Made by a program: the position numbers and the translations under genes. Of a stretch of 64,000 nt of DNA, positions 12,108-26,706 are shown piece after piece. The first letter of the stretch is position 1. Every line of letters starts with the position of its first letter. The notes under the pieces were generated by a model. It was not told where the DNA came from and did not search any database. It saw nothing but the letters and a program-made list of their open reading frames with translations. Source of the DNA: Chrysomallon squamiferum (taxonomy: Eukaryota; Animalia; Mollusca); contig CM022665.1 in assembly GCA_012295275.1 (NCBI GenBank), forward strand, positions 45,632,001-45,696,000, given 5' to 3'.

Positions 12108-13317
12108 TTCATGGACACTCTGGAATTCCACACATATCATACCTAGTGTTGTTGTCCATCGTGTAACACCATGCAAAGCTTGCTTCATCAGGATTACGAC
12201 AGAAGTTTTCTGCAGCGGACAGGCTGTCTTCAAAACATTAGGCTGGGCCAGTGTGGTAGTGATAGTGGGGAGTCTGCTGGTCCCATTAATATTAAAAAAA
12301 AAATTGACAGTAAATTTGATTGAACTGAAATTCGTCGTCGTTTTTCTTCCGGGTGAGTAGCATACGTCATAAACCTGACGTTGTCGAATGCATTCTGGCA
12401 TCAGGAACGACAGAAGTTTTTCAGCAGGTTTATCTGAAACTGGGCTAAATATTATTATGACGGGAATTGGAAACTGACAGGTGAACTAAATCTGTGTTTT
12501 TTTGTTACCATGGCGTACCGTTCACGTAATGAAAATTCGGGTTCAGGAACCACTCCACATTATTATGACAGGAATTGCCCCAAATGTATTTCGTTGATAT
12601 CTTAAGAAATAATCTTATCTACTAAACGCCAATGGAAACGCAAGCAGGACAAGAGATATTTGTTTTTTCTAAAACACCACATGAATGATCTCGCGATATG
12701 AGCTGATAGTTTTTCCTTTTGAAAGATGCCGAGTTCTTGATGAAGTCAAAAATCAAGGTATGAAAACTCTTCTCAAAATAATACTGATAGGTCAACCTTG
12801 TCTAATAGACAAGCGATGGTGTTCATTTTGTTTTCAGATGAAACATTTAATAACGAAGAAAATATCATATAGCGTTTTCAGTTGTTTGCATTAATGATAA
12901 AGAACGAAAGAAAGAAAGAAAAAAGAAAAAAAAAAGAGAGAAAAGAGCAACAACGACAAAAAGCAACAAACCGTTTGGACGATAAACCAAGAAAGATTTT
13001 CTTTCTTCTGTGATTATTGTTTCGTTGGTCCATTTGGAACGATAAATCGCGCACGTGTTGTATCGAGTATCGAAGAAGACAGCTCTACAAACATCTTCTT
13101 CTGCACACCAGCTCAAACAATCGATGGGTGTTCTTAATTGTGTGAGTTTGAACAGATCCAGATTCGTTACGTTCAAATCAGAAAAACAGAAAACACGAGA
13201 AAATCTTCCCCTCACATCAGCGCAGATATTTTCTCCTTCCCACACTTGTAAAGAGATGAAAAAGAGAAGGAGAAAAATTGAAGGAAAGCAAAGACAAAAT
13301 GTGAAGTGAAATTTCAT
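12108..13317 (-). pseudogene. PAN-kringle copy 4: intact signal+PAN exon, scrambled kringle exon (pseudogene or mis-assembly)
   Basis: Exon1 13317-12972 is open, with a GTTTGT donor. The kringle region 12108-12580 has an intact 3' half, but its 5' half is interleaved and duplicated with intron pieces. The intron matches that of copy 12 in inverted orientation. Confidence 0.65.
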
Positions 13318-14906
13318 AATCACGAGATGATAGATGGTTGAGATTTAGTCTGGAATGAAAGACGACTCAAGACTACAAATGTATAAACGTTTTCATAACT
13401 GGTACATGAATGACGGTAAACTCTTTTTGTTTCCATAGCAAGACTGTCGTCCATAAGAAGATTTTCGTTTTCTGTTTATCAGTCGTTTCTACAACACAGT
13501 GACTTCGACTTTACGTTGATTTCTTTATTGTTCGTTTTTATAAATAATTTTCTTGTTAATAATTCAGAAAAGGAGAATCCAACTGTAAACAATAAATTCG
13601 ATTAACTCAGCGTATGTAGAAATGTCGTGAATAGTGATTATCCAGCTGATTTACAGAAATAATTGGTTTTCTCTTTGAGGTCGCTATATATTTTTTTTAT
13701 TATTCTTACAAAGACGTTTAGAGAAGAATTTAATCGGATTTCCGCGCACGTTGCATTCGATTGTCTGCCTACGATTATTACAAACTCTACGTATGGAAAC
13801 AAAAATCACAAAGGAACAGAACAGAAACGTGCACCACAGAAAGAGATCTGTCGTTTCAAAGTGGATCCGCTCCTTGAGGTGACCTGTACTGCTGTTGTTG
13901 ATAAAGACAACCTATAAAAAGTGGCAGTTCTCTGTTACACAACAGTGTCTCGTAATTCACTTACATCACTTTAACCAACTTCTGTGGCACAACAGTTAAA
14001 GCCAATAGCTTATAGACCAAAGACGATCCGGAATCGCCCCCCCCTCCCAGGTACGCGCTAATTTGTTGAGATTGTACGCAACCAATTTTTGTGGAAATGT
14101 GTGGACAGGACAGACGTGCTTTAAGAAGATGCAGACACCTTTCACACGGGAGACTCAACGTCTGATTATGTTTGAAAACGAGTGAAAAGAAGTCGTGTAA
14201 TAATTGAAAAGAAAGCAAAAGGACTAGGAAAGTTTCAACTATTGATCAGAAGAAAACCTGACATAGCATAGCGTGTATTTACATCACACTCGACCATACT
14301 TTATATAAAATTAAATTACTTTGTCACATATTCTTGTAGCTGTTGCAAGTAGATTTCTCTTACGACTGGGAGGTTTCAGTTCTAAGAATCAGGTGACAGG
14401 AAGAAGAAGAAATACATTTTTTTTGTTTTTTTTTAAATGTCGACTAAGAAAATTTTTCTTACATATTAATCAAAGGCTTTCCACATCATACATAGTTGGG
14501 TTTTTTTCAGATTAGAGTATAAGCGTTAAAGTTTTAGAATATAAAATAAAATTATAATTAATGGCATGAATGCTGTTTTCTTATTTTTCACTTTATTCCT
14601 AAATAACGTTTCTGGTTTAAGACCGAAAGAAATTATTTTGTTCTTTGTTTCAGAGGTTAGGAAATCCATTTCCCGGAATGCGAAAAACTAGAATTTTCAA
14701 ATTGTTGAAAAAGAAAATGTTCACGTAAATTATCACTACTTAATTAGGAATAGTTAATACGTTTTATATATTTTCAAACATCATTCAAAGTTTTGCTTAC
14801 ATATAATCGATGTAGATTATTTATGTTCTGATACCAAATATTTGGAAGAAAGGGTTATGGACGTAATGTTTTTCCGAAGTTAAATAAATTGAACTGATAT
14901 ATTTAT

Positions 14907-16999
14907 CTAAAGGTTTGAAGCAGCAGTTATGTTGGGACACTCTGGAATTCCACATGGTTCGAATCTGGGTTCACTTTCCATTGGGTAGCACCAAACAGCT
15001 ATATCTTCATCAGGATTTCGACAGAAATTTTCTACAGCGGACAAATTATTTTCTGGAAACTTCTCTGGGTTTGTGAAAAGGTGATCGTGGGGAAACTGCT
15101 GGTCAAACCTCTGACAGGTGACTCCAGAAATCGTTGTCATTTTTCTTCCTGAGTACCATTGTGTTCCGTTCACATAATGAAAGCATTCAGGTTCCGGAAC
15201 AACATCACAGTCATCTAAAAAACAGTGGTAAATACTGGCATAGAGCAAACTTTAGCATAAACAACAACAACCAAAAAAACAAAAAAAACACAACACAAAC
15301 CCAAAACATAATGAAATACTCATTATACTTTAAACAAAAACCCAGCTTAGATAAATAAAGTTTGCTTAAAACCTATCAACATGGTATTTAACAGAAACAG
15401 ATAGTGTGCAATCCAGTACTGTTACCTAACAGTGAACCTAAATACTGAACCTAAATAAATATTGGTCAAAACCTGCCAACGTGAAAATTAACATAAAACA
15501 GACAATTTTTGATCCGACCTACCAACACAATTTTCAATTTTAAAATGTAATAAACATGGCAGAAGCTTCATAAACTGTTATGACACAAACAAATAGTAGC
15601 CATTAAACACATAGCAACAAAATATCCACTTAGGGTGTTACGTAACGATTTACTATAGTTTAATAAAAGGCTGAGGACACAGATGATACGTCAGATCACA
15701 CTGAACAAATAATTCCAGCTTTACACGCTGTTATTCTCCAGGCGTGCATTTTACAACCGCTTTCCATCTGATTTTATTATATTGATAATTACATGTTTGC
15801 TTCGATATTGCATTTTAAAATTTCACTGCTTACTTAATCGAACAGTTAACTGTAAACAACAGATTATTATATGAAACGTGACAGATGAATAACATTTACG
15901 AAACTTTCGCATTCACATAGGTTATGAATTTAATGTATTGCTGTTGCTCTAGATCATTTGTCTGAGTTATTTTTGCTTATGGTTGTTTTATAAATGTACA
16001 TGAATACCGAGTGTGTGTAGTATAATTATTTAGTTTATGAATCAGATACCTTAATTAACATGTGTAAAAAATGTCGTATACAAAATGGTCTAAATATATA
16101 ATCGACTACAATCTACAAATAGGACCGCATCAATATGGCGTTCACATTGCTACGCAATTCACTACAGTTCTTCTAGATAAAATATATAAGACTGACTTCT
16201 AATGAATGTAACGACTGTATGACAATAAAAATTAGTTCACCCTGAAAAAGTAATTCTAACCTGACGTTTTTATTCTCTAGGTTAACCAGTACTTTACAGA
16301 TGTAGCACAGAAATTAGAAACCAGGCTTCATGTTTTGATAATGTGTTCTAAGCTGTTGTATTTGTCCTTTGCGTGGCAACCAAGAAAGAAAAGATTTCGC
16401 TGTTTTAATACAGTAAGTGGAATGGATACAAGAAATTTGTGATATGTTACCCTGCTCCAACTTTACACAAATATACTGTATACAAAAGAAATATCCATCC
16501 ACTTCATTCGTACTACAAAACGCGATGAATCTGCGAATGTTTAAAATGACTTTTCATCACCTTCATGTGTCTTGTACACGCAAGTACCAGTTACTTGAGT
16601 AAATCAGATGTTTTCGGTAGAGAACGACATAAGCTGATGTTAATACATGCTCTTACCATTTGCACGATAAACCAGGTAAAATCTCCATACATCTGTGCCT
16701 GTTACGTTGGTCCATTTTGAACGATAAATCGCGCACGTGTTGTATCGAGTATCGAAGAAAGCGGCTCTACAAACATCGTCAGTTCCACACCAGCGCAAAC
16801 AATCGATGTGCGTACTCAACAGTTTCAGGTTGTACAGATCCAGATTCGTTACGTTCAAATCAGAAAAACATAAAACACGAAGAAATCTTTTCTTCACACC
16901 ACAACAGATGTTTTCTCCTTCCAACACTTGTAAGGAGATGAGAAAGAGAAGGAGAAAAACGGAAGGAAGGCAAAGACGAAACTTGCAGTGAACGTTCAT
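14907..16999 (-). CDS. Secreted PAN/apple + kringle protein, copy 5 (intact, 216 aa)
   Basis: Exon1 16999-16657 (GTAAGA donor, phase 1); exon2 15214-14907 (ttttAG; ...CRNPDEDIAVWCYPM...CGIPEC, TAG). Confidence 0.9.
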
Positions 17000-17600
17000 G
17001 ATGCTGACGTAAACGACAGGACGACCAGACTTCGCCTGAACTGAACGACGACATTAAACCAACAATCTGAAAATGTTTTCATAAATAATAAACAAATAAA
17101 TGACGTAATAGGTTTTTGTTTTCTTGCCGTTTCTATGACAGAAGTTGTTTCTATGACAGAGTGACGTCGACTTTACGTTGATTTCTTTATGGTTTTTTTT
17201 TTTTTTTGTAGACCATTTCTTTATTAATAATTGAGAAAACCACAGCCCATCACCGTAGACAGTTCAGTTGGTTAAATCAAAGCGTATCAGATAGTGTGAA
17301 TGGAGATTACTCAACTGATTTATAGAAATAATTGGTATTCTCTTTTTTTTTAAATTCTTAGCTAGACAGTGTGGAGACAGAACGTCAATCGGATTTCTGC
17401 ACCCGTTGCATCCGATTGTCTGTCTAAGGTTAATAATAACGATTATTGCATCTTTCTTTTATTTATTTATTTATTTATTTAGTTCTGCGTATGGAATAAA
17501 ATCACAATGCAAGCCATTAAAAAAAAAAAAAAAAAAAAAAAAATAATAATAATAATAATTATATTATACATTAAAAACAAATAATAGAAATAAATAATAA

Positions 17601-17671
<71 letters not shown>

Positions 17672-18011
17672 ATAAATAAATAAATAAATAGTTGCACAGT
17701 TTTGAAGTAGTCCGGTTTCGCTAGTTGTCAATGTTATCAAAGACAGAACCAAACATCAAGAAATGTAAATGATTAATGAGAGAAAGAAAATACTTTTTCG
17801 TTTTAGGTGTACAGCAGAAAATAATATATATATATATTTTTTTATGAATTGGCGACTACAGTAATTCGTTCTGAACCGTATTTTATAAATAAAATAAATA
17901 AATGCTTTTTTGTTTAGTTATCTCTTGTAATTTTGTTTCTTTGTTTCTTTTCTCTTTCGAAATGGAGAAGGAATAATTTCTATATTAAGACTTCGGGATG
18001 TGTCAAATAAA

Positions 18012-18096
<85 letters not shown>

Positions 18097-18511
18097 CAAC
18101 AACAATCTATTCTTGGAGAGTCGACAATGTCTGCAAATGTTTTCATGACAGTTTTTATATACTTCTGTTCTTAATTATTATCCACAAGAAAGAAAGAAAG
18201 AAATAATAATTAAAAACAATAAAATATAAGAAATCACGGAAAGAAATCAATACATGGTGGATGCCAGCTTCAATTTGTTTTCAGCGTTTAAAGTTAACGT
18301 TGCTCTCGTGTGTACTTAGTTTTAAAGAGTCTTTCAGTGTTAAACGTACTCACTGGTACGTGGAATCGCACGCATGAACAAATGTCACATAACGTCTTGT
18401 CTTTGCCGTATTTGTAAGTTTCTGCTTCATGTTTTAGTTTGTCGTTAATGAGGACACATTTTAAATAATAATAATAATAAAAAATAATATTAATAATAAT
18501 AATAACAAAAT

Positions 18512-18586
<75 letters not shown>

Positions 18587-18680
18587 GATAAATAAAAGTA
18601 AAAAATGCAAACAAAAACAAAGAAAAAACATTTTTGGCTTGAACCCATTTCTAGTTTTCTGGGTAGGAAATGAAAATTTA

Positions 18681-18939
18681 AGAAATGTTCCCGACCTCCA
18701 GTTATTTTAATTTTTTTAAATTTATTTTATTTTTTTTTTTTTTTTTTTAATTTTATTTTATTATTATTATTATTATTATTTTTTTTTTTGTAGAATGGCT
18801 GTGTGCAGGATGGAGCTGGTCGGTGATAACGTGGTCTGTAAAATCGGTGAGAATTTGTTTTGAGTATTGTAAGACTTTATTTGACGGAATTTAACAAAAA
18901 AAAAAAAAAAAAAAATAATGGTAGGTCGGGAACATTTCT
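18681..18939. repeat. 17-bp perfect inverted repeat pair at the strand-switch point of the array (possible MITE remnant)
   Basis: agaaatgttcccgacct (18681-18697) / aggtcgggaacatttct (18923-18939). Confidence 0.7.
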
Positions 18940-20309
18940 CATATCGTACAGAGACACTAGACAACAATTTGCTTTTTAATCTGGCCTAAATGTTTTGCAT
19001 CACGTTTTAGGTTTGTTCTGTCTTTGATAACATGTCAGTGTTCTAAATATGAAGGACTAAACAATTTGTACTTGTACAGGAAATCCATATTTGTGCAGCT
19101 ATACAAATATTTCAGCTAGTTAGTGTCTTTTTTTTTTAAATTTTATATCTATTTATATTTCAGTTTGTAAATAAATACTGTTAACTGTTAAACTGTACAC
19201 GATAAAACTGTTGTATAGGTTTCATGTCATCAACGTTGTATATGTCTGTTTGTAAGTCTGACACAGCTTGTGTTTCACTAATTTTCAAAGATAAATGACT
19301 TATCAGTCAACCACGTGAAAAGTCTGTACGTCTGTTACCGGTAAAGCCCAATGTCCTGCATTCATTTCGAAAATCTGAGTGATGTGTGTCTCTAACTTCA
19401 TTTTTCAACAGGTTCAAAAGATTATAAAGTAAATGTTGTTAATACGAAATCTACTTTATTAATATTGACTTATAAACGTGTGAAATTTTAAATAGAAACT
19501 AAGCTTGTTACATTATTCCATTGTTTTATTAGACAATGTATTGAATGACATAAAAAACGTGAAAATGTACGAATTTATCTTTAATGCTTGTCTAAACCTC
19601 ACTGGTACGAATAAAATAATCTGCTTCTAGTTTATTTACTTTGAATTCATGTTTTTTTTTGTTTTGTTTTTTTATTCTGCACACAAAACATACGTGCTAT
19701 TGTAAAACAAAACGTTGTAAAAAATACATGATCTCCTGTTTATCTCATCTTGTTAACAATAAATAAACGATAACAAAGGGAATACACAACATTTCAGAAG
19801 GTAATCTGAGAAACTTATCTGTAAATCAGTTGAATAATCACTATTCAGAATATGTAACAGACCTGTACGGTTGTTTCGTAAATTATTAATGAGAAAATGA
19901 TCTGTAAAATCAAACACAAAGAAATCAATACAAAGTCTCGGTAAGAGACACGTGTTCCAACCAGAAACCAGGAAACAAACACGTATTGCATGTCAGTGGT
20001 TTAGTTTTTGTAAAGATGTACGATATATATCTCCAATAAATAAATTATTTATTATTTTCACAGTAAAGGAATGAAAACAAACAGATATTAGATATGACTG
20101 ACTTATTTATTAAAACATTTATGTAAACTATATTTTTAAGTCATCTTTCAGTCAAGACAAAACCCGATCAACCTGTCGTTTCGTCTTGTTATGGAAACAA
20201 AAATACTTTACCGTCATTCATATACCAGTCATGAAAACGTTTATATATTTGTAGTCTTGAGTCGTCTTTCATTCCAGACTAAATCTCAACCATCTATCAT
20301 CTCGTGATT

Positions 20310-21480
20310 ATGAAATTTCACTTCACATTTTGTCTTTGCTTTCATTCCATTTTTCTCCTTCTCTTTTTCATCTCTTTACAAGTGTGGGAAGGAGAAAATG
20401 TCTGCGCTAGTGTAAAGGCAAGATATTCTCGTGTTTTCTGTTTTTCTGATTTGAACGTAACGAATCTGGATCTGTACAACCTGAAACTGTAAAGTTCACA
20501 CATCGATTGTTTGCGCTGGTGTGGAACTGACGATGTTTGTAGAGCCGCTTTCTTCGATACTCGATACAACACGTGCGCAATTCTATCGTTCAAAATGGAC
20601 CCGCGTTACAATTACTGATGTGTACATTTTTTTTTCCTGGTTTATAATGCAACCGGTAAGTTTATGTATTAACATCACAAATATATTTTGAATAACTGAT
20701 TATATTTATGCGTAAGTCATACTGAAGTGATGAAAAAGTGGTTTTAGACTTTCGTAGATCAAATGTGTCTTACAATATGCTTTTGTAGTAAACATAAACT
20801 GTTTAGATACCTGTATCTGTCTCTTGTAACAATAAAGAACAAACAAAATATTACTCTTAGTAAAAAAAAAGTGAATTCGCTTTTTTTTTTTTTTTTTTTT
20901 TTTATCTACAAATCTGGAGAGACCACATTAAGCACATATTTCATTCCTTCTGTTGCATTTGTTAAAACCAATTTAAGGAAAATTTATAACAAACATTTCT
21001 GGAGTAGATATTAGGACCGATGGAATATAAGTGTTCTCATTAATGAGAGTCAGATCTGTATAATGGAAGGTGACGGTGTTGGTGAGAATATTTCATACAG
21101 GAGCTGAACAGAAAATTACACCCTGAAAAGGAACGGGTTTTAATACGGTTTGATTTTTATGACTACTCAAACTGCCCCTTCTCGTTCCTCCCAGGTTCAA
21201 TATTTGCTGCTATATTTCAGAATCAGAATGCGTTCGTTATGTGAACGGTACTCAGTGGTACAGTGGACGAAAAACAACAACGGTTTCTGGAATCACCTGT
21301 CAGAGGTTTGACCAGCAGTATCTCTATCTGCACGTGATGACTGATTCAGCCCTCTTTCCAGAAGAAGCGCTGTTTGCTGTCGAAAACTTCTGTGGCAGAT
21401 TATATATGTTGTGTTGCACTTTAAACAGCAACGTTAGATATGAGATTTGTGAAATTCCTAAGTGTCCAAACATAATTTTT
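20310..21480 (+). pseudogene. PAN-kringle pseudogene, copy 6
   Basis: Exon1 20310-20655 has an in-frame TAA (20490-20492, TTA>TAA) and a later 1-nt insertion. The kringle exon from 21221 lacks the DDCDVVP linker and the NPD loop. Confidence 0.85.
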
Positions 21481-21598
21481 TTTAGATCCAGATATTGTGA
21501 ATCGGCTTCATTAATTAGCAGGCCAGAAGACTGTAATAGTCCGTGTTTGAAGCTTTATTTTACACCAAATATACGAACATTAAAATGAAAGTATGAAT

Positions 21599-21629
<31 letters not shown>

Positions 21630-22532
21630 TAAAAATAAAATAGAGGGGAAATGTAGAATTTTTTATGTTTTAAATTTCAAACAATAAAAAATCTTTTCTG
21701 ACACTGAAGACGATTATTTTATATTCTCTTTGACTGTTCACTTTGTAACTTAGCGTAGAATACTGAGTTTGATCAGGACCGTCTTTGGGTTTTATTTGGA
21801 TGTCAAGTTAGTTTAATTGCTTCATTTCTTTTTATAACGTTTCAAAGTGATAATATACTTTTTAATAGCGATCTCTTCATCTGGAAGAACTGAATAAACG
21901 CAGAAATAAAATAATTCACATAGATAAGGACAATTCCTTATATTATTTAAACATTTAATACAATAATACACACGATTAAGCAGAATTCTTCATCATTAAT
22001 TAGCAATATTATACAGGCACAAGTAAAAATGTTTTACAAATCAAAGTGTCTTCCAGAAATAATTAAAATCTTAAATGCAACAATAAACACAATGTCAAGA
22101 ATAACTGTTCAACAATTAAATACTGGCGTACATCGTGTCTACTAGAATTGTAAAACAGTTAAATAAAAATAGATATAGTATTCAGCAGAGCTGTATAATA
22201 GTTAAATAAAAATAGACTGTTTGCGGCAGAACTATTCAACTGCTGAACAGATTCTGTGACTAAGAGATGTCTAATGCATCTATATGTGATAACAATTACC
22301 TTTTAGACCACGCTTTACTGATGAGATGTTTTCTAGTGGCAACGTAGTTTTAGTATTGATTCCCCAAGGAATGCTGTTATTTTACTATTAGAACAACAAA
22401 CGTAAAAAAAAAAATCGACCAAAAGCCGAATAAAGACAATAAATTCATTATAAAAAAAAACGATTTATCTATGACTATTAAAGACGTTCTGGTTTCATTG
22501 GAAACTCACCGATCTGCAGTTTCACAAGCAAA

Positions 22533-23911
22533 ATGCGATTTCGCTCCACGACGTCATCTCTTATTTCTGTTTTTTTCTTCGTCCTCTTGCCTCACGTACG
22601 GGAGGGGAGAAAAGTCTGCGCTAGCGTGAGGGGGCGCTTTTCTCGTGTTTTCTGTTTCTCTGATTTGAACGTGACGAATCTGGATCTGTACAACATCGAA
22701 CTGTTAAGTACATACATCGAATGTTTGAGCTGGTGTGAAGAAGTCGATGTCTGTACAGCGGTCTTCTTCGATACTCGATACAACACGTGCGCGATTTATC
22801 GTCCAAAATGGCCGAACGAAACCATCGCTGACGAACGAATTTCGTTCCTGGTTTATCACGAATACGGTAAGTTCATTTATCGTTTCTGAAGTGATAGTGT
22901 TCGTGTTTATTTTATTTTACAGTTTGTGATTCATACATTTGCCAGTAATAGGTGTACTAGTACTATTAATGCCACTGCAACAACAACAACAACTACTGCT
23001 ACTACGACCATTGATGATGAGTGACAATACTTCTAATAGATAGAGAAAAAAATTTCCCCGAGAAGAACATTAAGTTCATTATTGTGAATCTTTATTTAGC
23101 ACTTAAATATCATCACACATCTTTCATTTCCCAGTCTCCGTGATAAAAAAAAACCATACGCCTTGATTATAACACATATGCTACAACGTCTTTGTGCTAC
23201 AGTAGTCCACGTTGATGCTTACACAGTTGTTGTCGTACGCTGTTGCCTAGTAGTTACGACTGGACGTACACAGATCGTTTTCGACCAGGAATACTGGCAC
23301 AGTGGTGTGCAAATAAACAGCAGTAAAGATAAAGTAGTGGGAAAGAAACCGTAAAGGTTAACATGTATCTTAATATAAAAAGGACCGAACCGAATTACTG
23401 AATTGAAAACGCCCAAAGATGTTTGGTTGTGGGTTATAGTTGTCGAATGATTTTAACATGAAATCAAATAAAGATCTGTTTGACGTAAAGTTGTTGAATG
23501 ATTTAACGACGAAATTTGGATTGTTGAACTGTTTGACGTAAAAGAGGCACGATCGACAAAAAAAACAAAATTTCATTACAAAAAAAAAAACTAAATTTCA
23601 TTATATATTTTCACTATTGTTTTTCAGATAAATGTGACGTGGTTCCAGAACCCGAATGCTTTCATTACGTGAACGGCACACTGTGCTACACTGGAAGAAA
23701 AACGACGACGATTTCTGGAATCACCTGTCAGAGGTGGGACCAGCAGAGTCCCCACACTCACATCCAGACAGACCCCGCCCAGTTTCAAGAAGACTCCCTG
23801 TCTGCTGCAGAAAACTACTGTCGCAATCCAGACGGAGCAGGCTATGTCTGGTGTTACACCATGGACAGCGAAGTTAGATACCAGAAGTGTGGAATTCCCG
23901 AGTGCCCATGA
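22533..23911 (+). CDS. Secreted PAN/apple + kringle protein, copy 7 (intact, 205 aa; subtype D)
   Basis: Exon1 22533-22866 (GTAAGT donor); exon2 23628-23911 (tttcAG; DKCDVVPEPEC...NYCRNPDGAGYVWCYT...CGIPECP TGA). Confidence 0.88.
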
Positions 23912-25169
23912 ATAACTTCAGATTGAGACCTTTTTTTTTTAATTAAGTTTGGTATTTACTGAGATATAAACTGTTTATGAAATAGCCTACAAGCAGTAAT
24001 CTATTATAAACGTTATTTTATGCAGAAATACATATGATATGTATACGAACACTATTATATAAAAAAAATGCTAACATTTCCCCACCCCCCATTTTAAAAA
24101 CAGTAAAATTATGATAGTTGATCAAGGATAATATTTATTAAACAACATTTTTTTTTTTTTTTTAATTATTATTTTTTTTAATTATTGTCGTTAAGTGGAA
24201 TCGTTTTTCTTGTTTCGAGATTTCAGTTTTGCACCAAAACGTTCAAATAATTTCGACAACAGCGATCACTTTTAAAGCACGATATATATATATATATATA
24301 TGAATTTACTTCGCCTTTGTCGATTAAACGGTCCTTAATCGACTCTCTCTATATCAAATTAATTCCCATTTTCGTCGTAAAAATGCTTACAACATTTTTG
24401 TATTTGTTAATTATTTCTAGGGCTCTTTGTATGTGTCACGCACACCATTCAATATTAATCACAACGGCGCGACTGACTGTCAACTTTTCATCGAGTGTAT
24501 GGAAATAAAAACACTTTAAACAGCTCTTTGTTGCTGTTATTATTACAAAGCTTTTTGTGTTAATTAATGTTTTAAATGTTTTATGATCGAATAAGATATT
24601 CAACAATAGGTTACTGGCAAAAAAAAAAAAAAAAAAAAAAAAAAACAATCGACATATAGCCGGTTTTTAAATTTAATAATTAAAATTGTAAAATAATAAT
24701 AATAATAGATACATGTAGCTTTACAATGTGGAACAAAACAGAAAATTAGTCGGAGGAAACAGAATGTTTGGTAACTCATCGTAAATGTGATTTGTTCTCA
24801 ACAGGGGGTATACAAGATAATGAAGATTATTATTTTTTAAATTTTTTGTTCACGGTATATTTTTGTTTATGTTTTTGTTTCCTTTTTTTCTCTCCGTGGA
24901 ATGCAGTAGTCCGATGATAAGTGTGCTGAGTGTTCTTCAAAATGGTATAAACTTCATTGCTGAGCGATCAGAAAGTCTCAAGTTTATATCAGCTAGTAGT
25001 TATTACTAGTAGAAATATTTATCATGTAACTCCAACAGCTCACAGTAATTCAGTTTAGATACGCAGAAGTACACACACAGACACACAGACACACAGACAA
25101 CACATACATCGATGTACCAGATCGATGAAAACCTATAATAAAATCCAGGTTTTATTGTAGTAATATCTA

Positions 25170-25862
25170 AAGCATGAAACTGTTAAAAGAAAAGAAAAAC
25201 AAATATAAAGAAGAAAGAAATCTTTCAGAAGATAATTCAGACGTAAATCTTCGGTTCAAGTTTTATGAGGAATTTCTGATCAAGATATTTTTCTGAATGA
25301 AGTGTTAGTCTTTTCAACCATCTGCAACAATAAAGTTTTTTTTTTTTTTTTTTTTAATATTAATAAGAAGAACATTAGTAAAAAAACATTAATGAAGAAA
25401 GCATGATAAAGCCAACTGAAAAGACAACGATTTATGGAATCACCTGTCAGCAGACTCCCCACCATCACTAACACACTGATCCATCACTAACACACTGATC
25501 CATCACTAACACACTGATCCATCATTAACACACTGATCCAGCCTACTAATCTTTTATTTATTTATTTTTATTTTCAAGTGTTCGTGCTCAGTGTGCTTTT
25601 TTTTTTTGTGACAGGATAATTTATCCAAACAAAAATTGATAATCCAGAGAGTATACTATTCGCTCATTTTGTTCGAGAAATCGACTTCTAACTATCTGTC
25701 TCCTTATTCTTAACTTTTCTCTTGTGTTTTTTTTAACGTAATAATTCAATTGTTAATGAATACTACATAAATGTTACTAAGATTCGTTAACACATTTGAA
25801 ATTTTCCAGCCTCCTAAAATATGTTTTAAAACCCAACCCAGCAACACACAGCAATTTTTCCC
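25170..25862. pseudogene. Collapsed remnant of a copy-12-type PAN-kringle gene plus the 3' end of a Cys-rich gene
   Basis: 25170-25420 matches the upstream region of copy 12 (34570-34800) and is fused to a kringle fragment (gacaacgattt.tggaatcacctgtcagcagactccc) with a 19-bp tandem repeat x4 (25462-25540). 25640-25862 matches the 3' flank and last codons (minus strand GKIAVCCWVGF*) of the Cys-rich gene. Confidence 0.7.
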
Positions 25863-26706
25863 TTGCTGTGTAACGAATTCTTGTAGTGAAAAATTCAAAG
25901 AAACTAAAAAAAAAATACACAGACGTTAATACAGTTTGCAATTGCGTACGCTATGAAGAGCATGCTTGCACATAAAGAAAATGTAAAACCTGAAAGGTAA
26001 ATCTTACATTTGTAATAATCTCAGACTTTTATATTTTCTTATTACTTTTTCACCATCAACATCATCATCATCACCATCATTACTATTAATGTATATTTAA
26101 TTTTTTGAAAAGTTATAAGTTCCAGCTGCAAACAAAGTCATTATTTATTACTCGTTTCTTTGTTTGTTTGCTTCTGTTTTGTAAATTTTCTATGTTACTT
26201 GTGTTAATCTATTCTGCATTTCTAAAAACAATATACGAAGAGTGAAACAAACAATAACTCATAAAAAAACAAAATGACAAAATAACAAAAGATACACACA
26301 GGTTCTAGTAAAATGACAAAATATATTAATATTTTACAATGGTTATTCATTTATTCTAAACTGACTTCGAATTTCAATTATCCATCGGTCTACGTCTGCC
26401 AAGAAGAAAAACACAAAAACTAAATAATTCAAAAGAAAATTAAAACGCAAATCTTACATGGAACTCTTTTCTTTTATAAGGAAAGAAGCTTTTCAATTAC
26501 TTTTAAATTATTAACAGGAAAAACATTAGTAAAAATATACACTAAGAAATGAAAATAAACCAAATGTATTTTGGAATATCAGTTCATGTTCTTACAATAA
26601 CGAAACCATTAGATATTAATTATTTACTTATGGAATGATTTATATACGTGAAGTTTTGACTCTGCCTTTCAGTCTAGCGTACACCCCAGTGTGGACTTGT
26701 CTCCAG

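Noticed and set aside
13860-14220. GC-richer segment with a poly-C run and 84-85-aa ORFs
   Set aside because: No recognisable domain, TIR/TSD or tRNA-like boxes could be verified; probably an old repeat fragment.
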